A program made the translations under genes and the position numbers. A stretch of 64,000 nt of DNA from Xylographa opegraphella. Lineage: Eukaryota. Shown here piece by piece: positions 62,572 through 64,000 of this stretch (its first letter is position 1; the number at the start of each line of letters is the position of its first letter). The notes beneath the pieces were generated by a model. It saw nothing but the letters and a program-made list of their open reading frames with translations. It searched no databases and had not been told where the DNA came from. The stretch covers positions 62,001 through 126,000 of the forward strand of contig JALDZX010000009.1 of the NCBI GenBank assembly GCA_022813865.1. Reading direction: 5' to 3'.

Positions 62572-64000
62572 GTGAGAGGGTAAGGGAGAGAGGGGGATGG
62601 GGTGTGCGTTGGAGTGAGCTTTACCGTTGTTGCATTTGTTCGGGAGTCTGGGAGAGCTTTATTTTTTCTTACCCTTCAGCTGGTCTGCGGACCCAGTGGG
62701 TTACAAATTGTCTATGTAGAAATGTGGAGTGGCTGGGGACGAATGACAGCTTCATTGATTGTCCTATATGCTTACGCTAGGGATTCAGTGAGTCATGGAC
62801 GCCGTCGACGACGAATATGTATCTCGGAAACTGTTTTGCCGCGACTCCTTGCGCTCAACTTGTCCCGTACATATCAAGTCATTGCTTCCTTCCCGAAAAA
62901 CCAATATCGGCTCCGAATCTCCTACCCTGCCGCGGACCGAGATGTAGATCCCCTCGACGTCCTCCCCATGTTCGGCAACGGCCCGTAGCCGCAAGGTAGA
63001 TCTCACTCCGCCGCCGTGCCGCATCCAAGTCACGTGTGTGAGCTGCCTGGTGTCGCACCTCTACGACAAGAGCAGACATTCGAATGACCTTGAAAGCTTT
63101 CACAATTTCTGTGAGTAGGCGTTCATTTCCGTGTCTGCGTTGCATGTCTGCCAGATCTGTTTCCGCAAGACCAAGCTACCTACGCGGCACTTTTAACAGG
63201 TACACAAACGGCGACTGCAACTGCTGTCGGTAGCAACGACGTCCCCAAGGCCGACCATGAAAACCAGGTTATCTTTCGAAAGGTCCAGCGATCTTCAGTA
63301 ATCCCCCACGCCTCACAGATAGTGCAGCTCCAACGCGCATATGCAACCGGAGACCAATCCTCGCCAAGCCATTCCGTGCAGCATGTACGGATTCCCAAGC
63401 TCCCGTCTGTCTCGAGATGTAATCGTCCTACAACCGAGGAACCGGTGACATTAGTTGGTCATCTACCCACCAGATACGTATGCCATCATCCCATCACACA
63501 CGACAGAGGAATGGCGAGCCACCCAATAGCAGGCCAGCGAGTCGACTCATACTGAGTCCGCTTACTGCAGCACCGCGCTAGCCGTTCTTGGCCCTACCAA
63601 ATGCACGACGTAAACGCTTCTTGCCCACTCGATCTTCTCGTAGCGTGCTTCGACTCATTTCGAGTGCGAATGGTGTGGAAGATGACGGGGAGATCAATAT
63701 AGCAGTAGAAGCGTTGGCATGTAGAGTATATATGAAAGAAACGTATGCGAAATAGAGTATGGAAAGCACCAAAAATCATTAAACAATGGCTCGAGCGGGT
63801 TTTCGACTTTTGGATGTAAGCGGCCTGTCTTGTGTGGTGTAGGGCTTGCCATTGAAAACTTGTGATGCATATCATTTTTTGCCGAAGTGAAAAAGATTGG
63901 ACACAGCTCTGGTTCATGATCAACATTCTTCCGACATCGTCTGAATAGTTCTTTTGAATTACTCTCATCTGACAAACTTTTGAACAAGAGGTACGCTAAT

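Noticed and set aside
62800..64000. Minus-strand ORFs near the right edge
   Set aside because: No motif recognised; may be a gene end or relic but cannot be supported from this window.
1..64000. tRNA, rRNA, snRNA, telomeric repeats, intact transposase or Starship captain
   Set aside because: No diagnostic signatures were found by eye; tRNAscan-SE, Infernal and HMM searches would be needed to exclude them formally.

Overview
Eukaryotic genomic DNA from a filamentous ascomycete (Pezizomycotina, inferred from gene content and short spliceosomal introns with CTRAY branch points). About 27 gene models can be reconstructed by hand. Many ORF-track entries are single exons or antisense shadows. The left part (~1-28 kb) is accessory-like: a GPI-type Ser/Thr protein end, a TauD-family 2OG-Fe(II) dioxygenase, an atypical Zn2Cys6 regulator, a small secreted LxxR-repeat precursor, two sugar-porter MFS transporters, a cytochrome P450, a large silk/elastin-like repeat protein spanning a 50-N gap, a PTH11-like receptor and an AtaL/DUF1857 protein. 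The right part (~28-61 kb) is mostly housekeeping: RIB5, BRF1, a PCI/SAC3-like protein, a PAQR, VPS35, TFIIB/SUA7, ATP14, DAP1, a TRE/VPS70-like M28 peptidase, DUF1765 and a Pch1-like cyclin. It is interrupted by a small decayed island (~46.3-48.9 kb) and ends with a secreted Reeler-like protein. No rRNA, tRNA, CRISPR, intact transposon or PKS/NRPS/terpene backbone gene was recognised. The best novelty candidates are the LxxR-repeat precursor and its backbone-less neighbourhood, the GPGGS/VAPGGS repeat protein, a 4x GACCGGT motif cluster with an in-frame TGA in the adjacent regulator, three GC-AG introns, and mid-gene C-to-G skew inversions. All family calls are from motif recognition; no database search was run.
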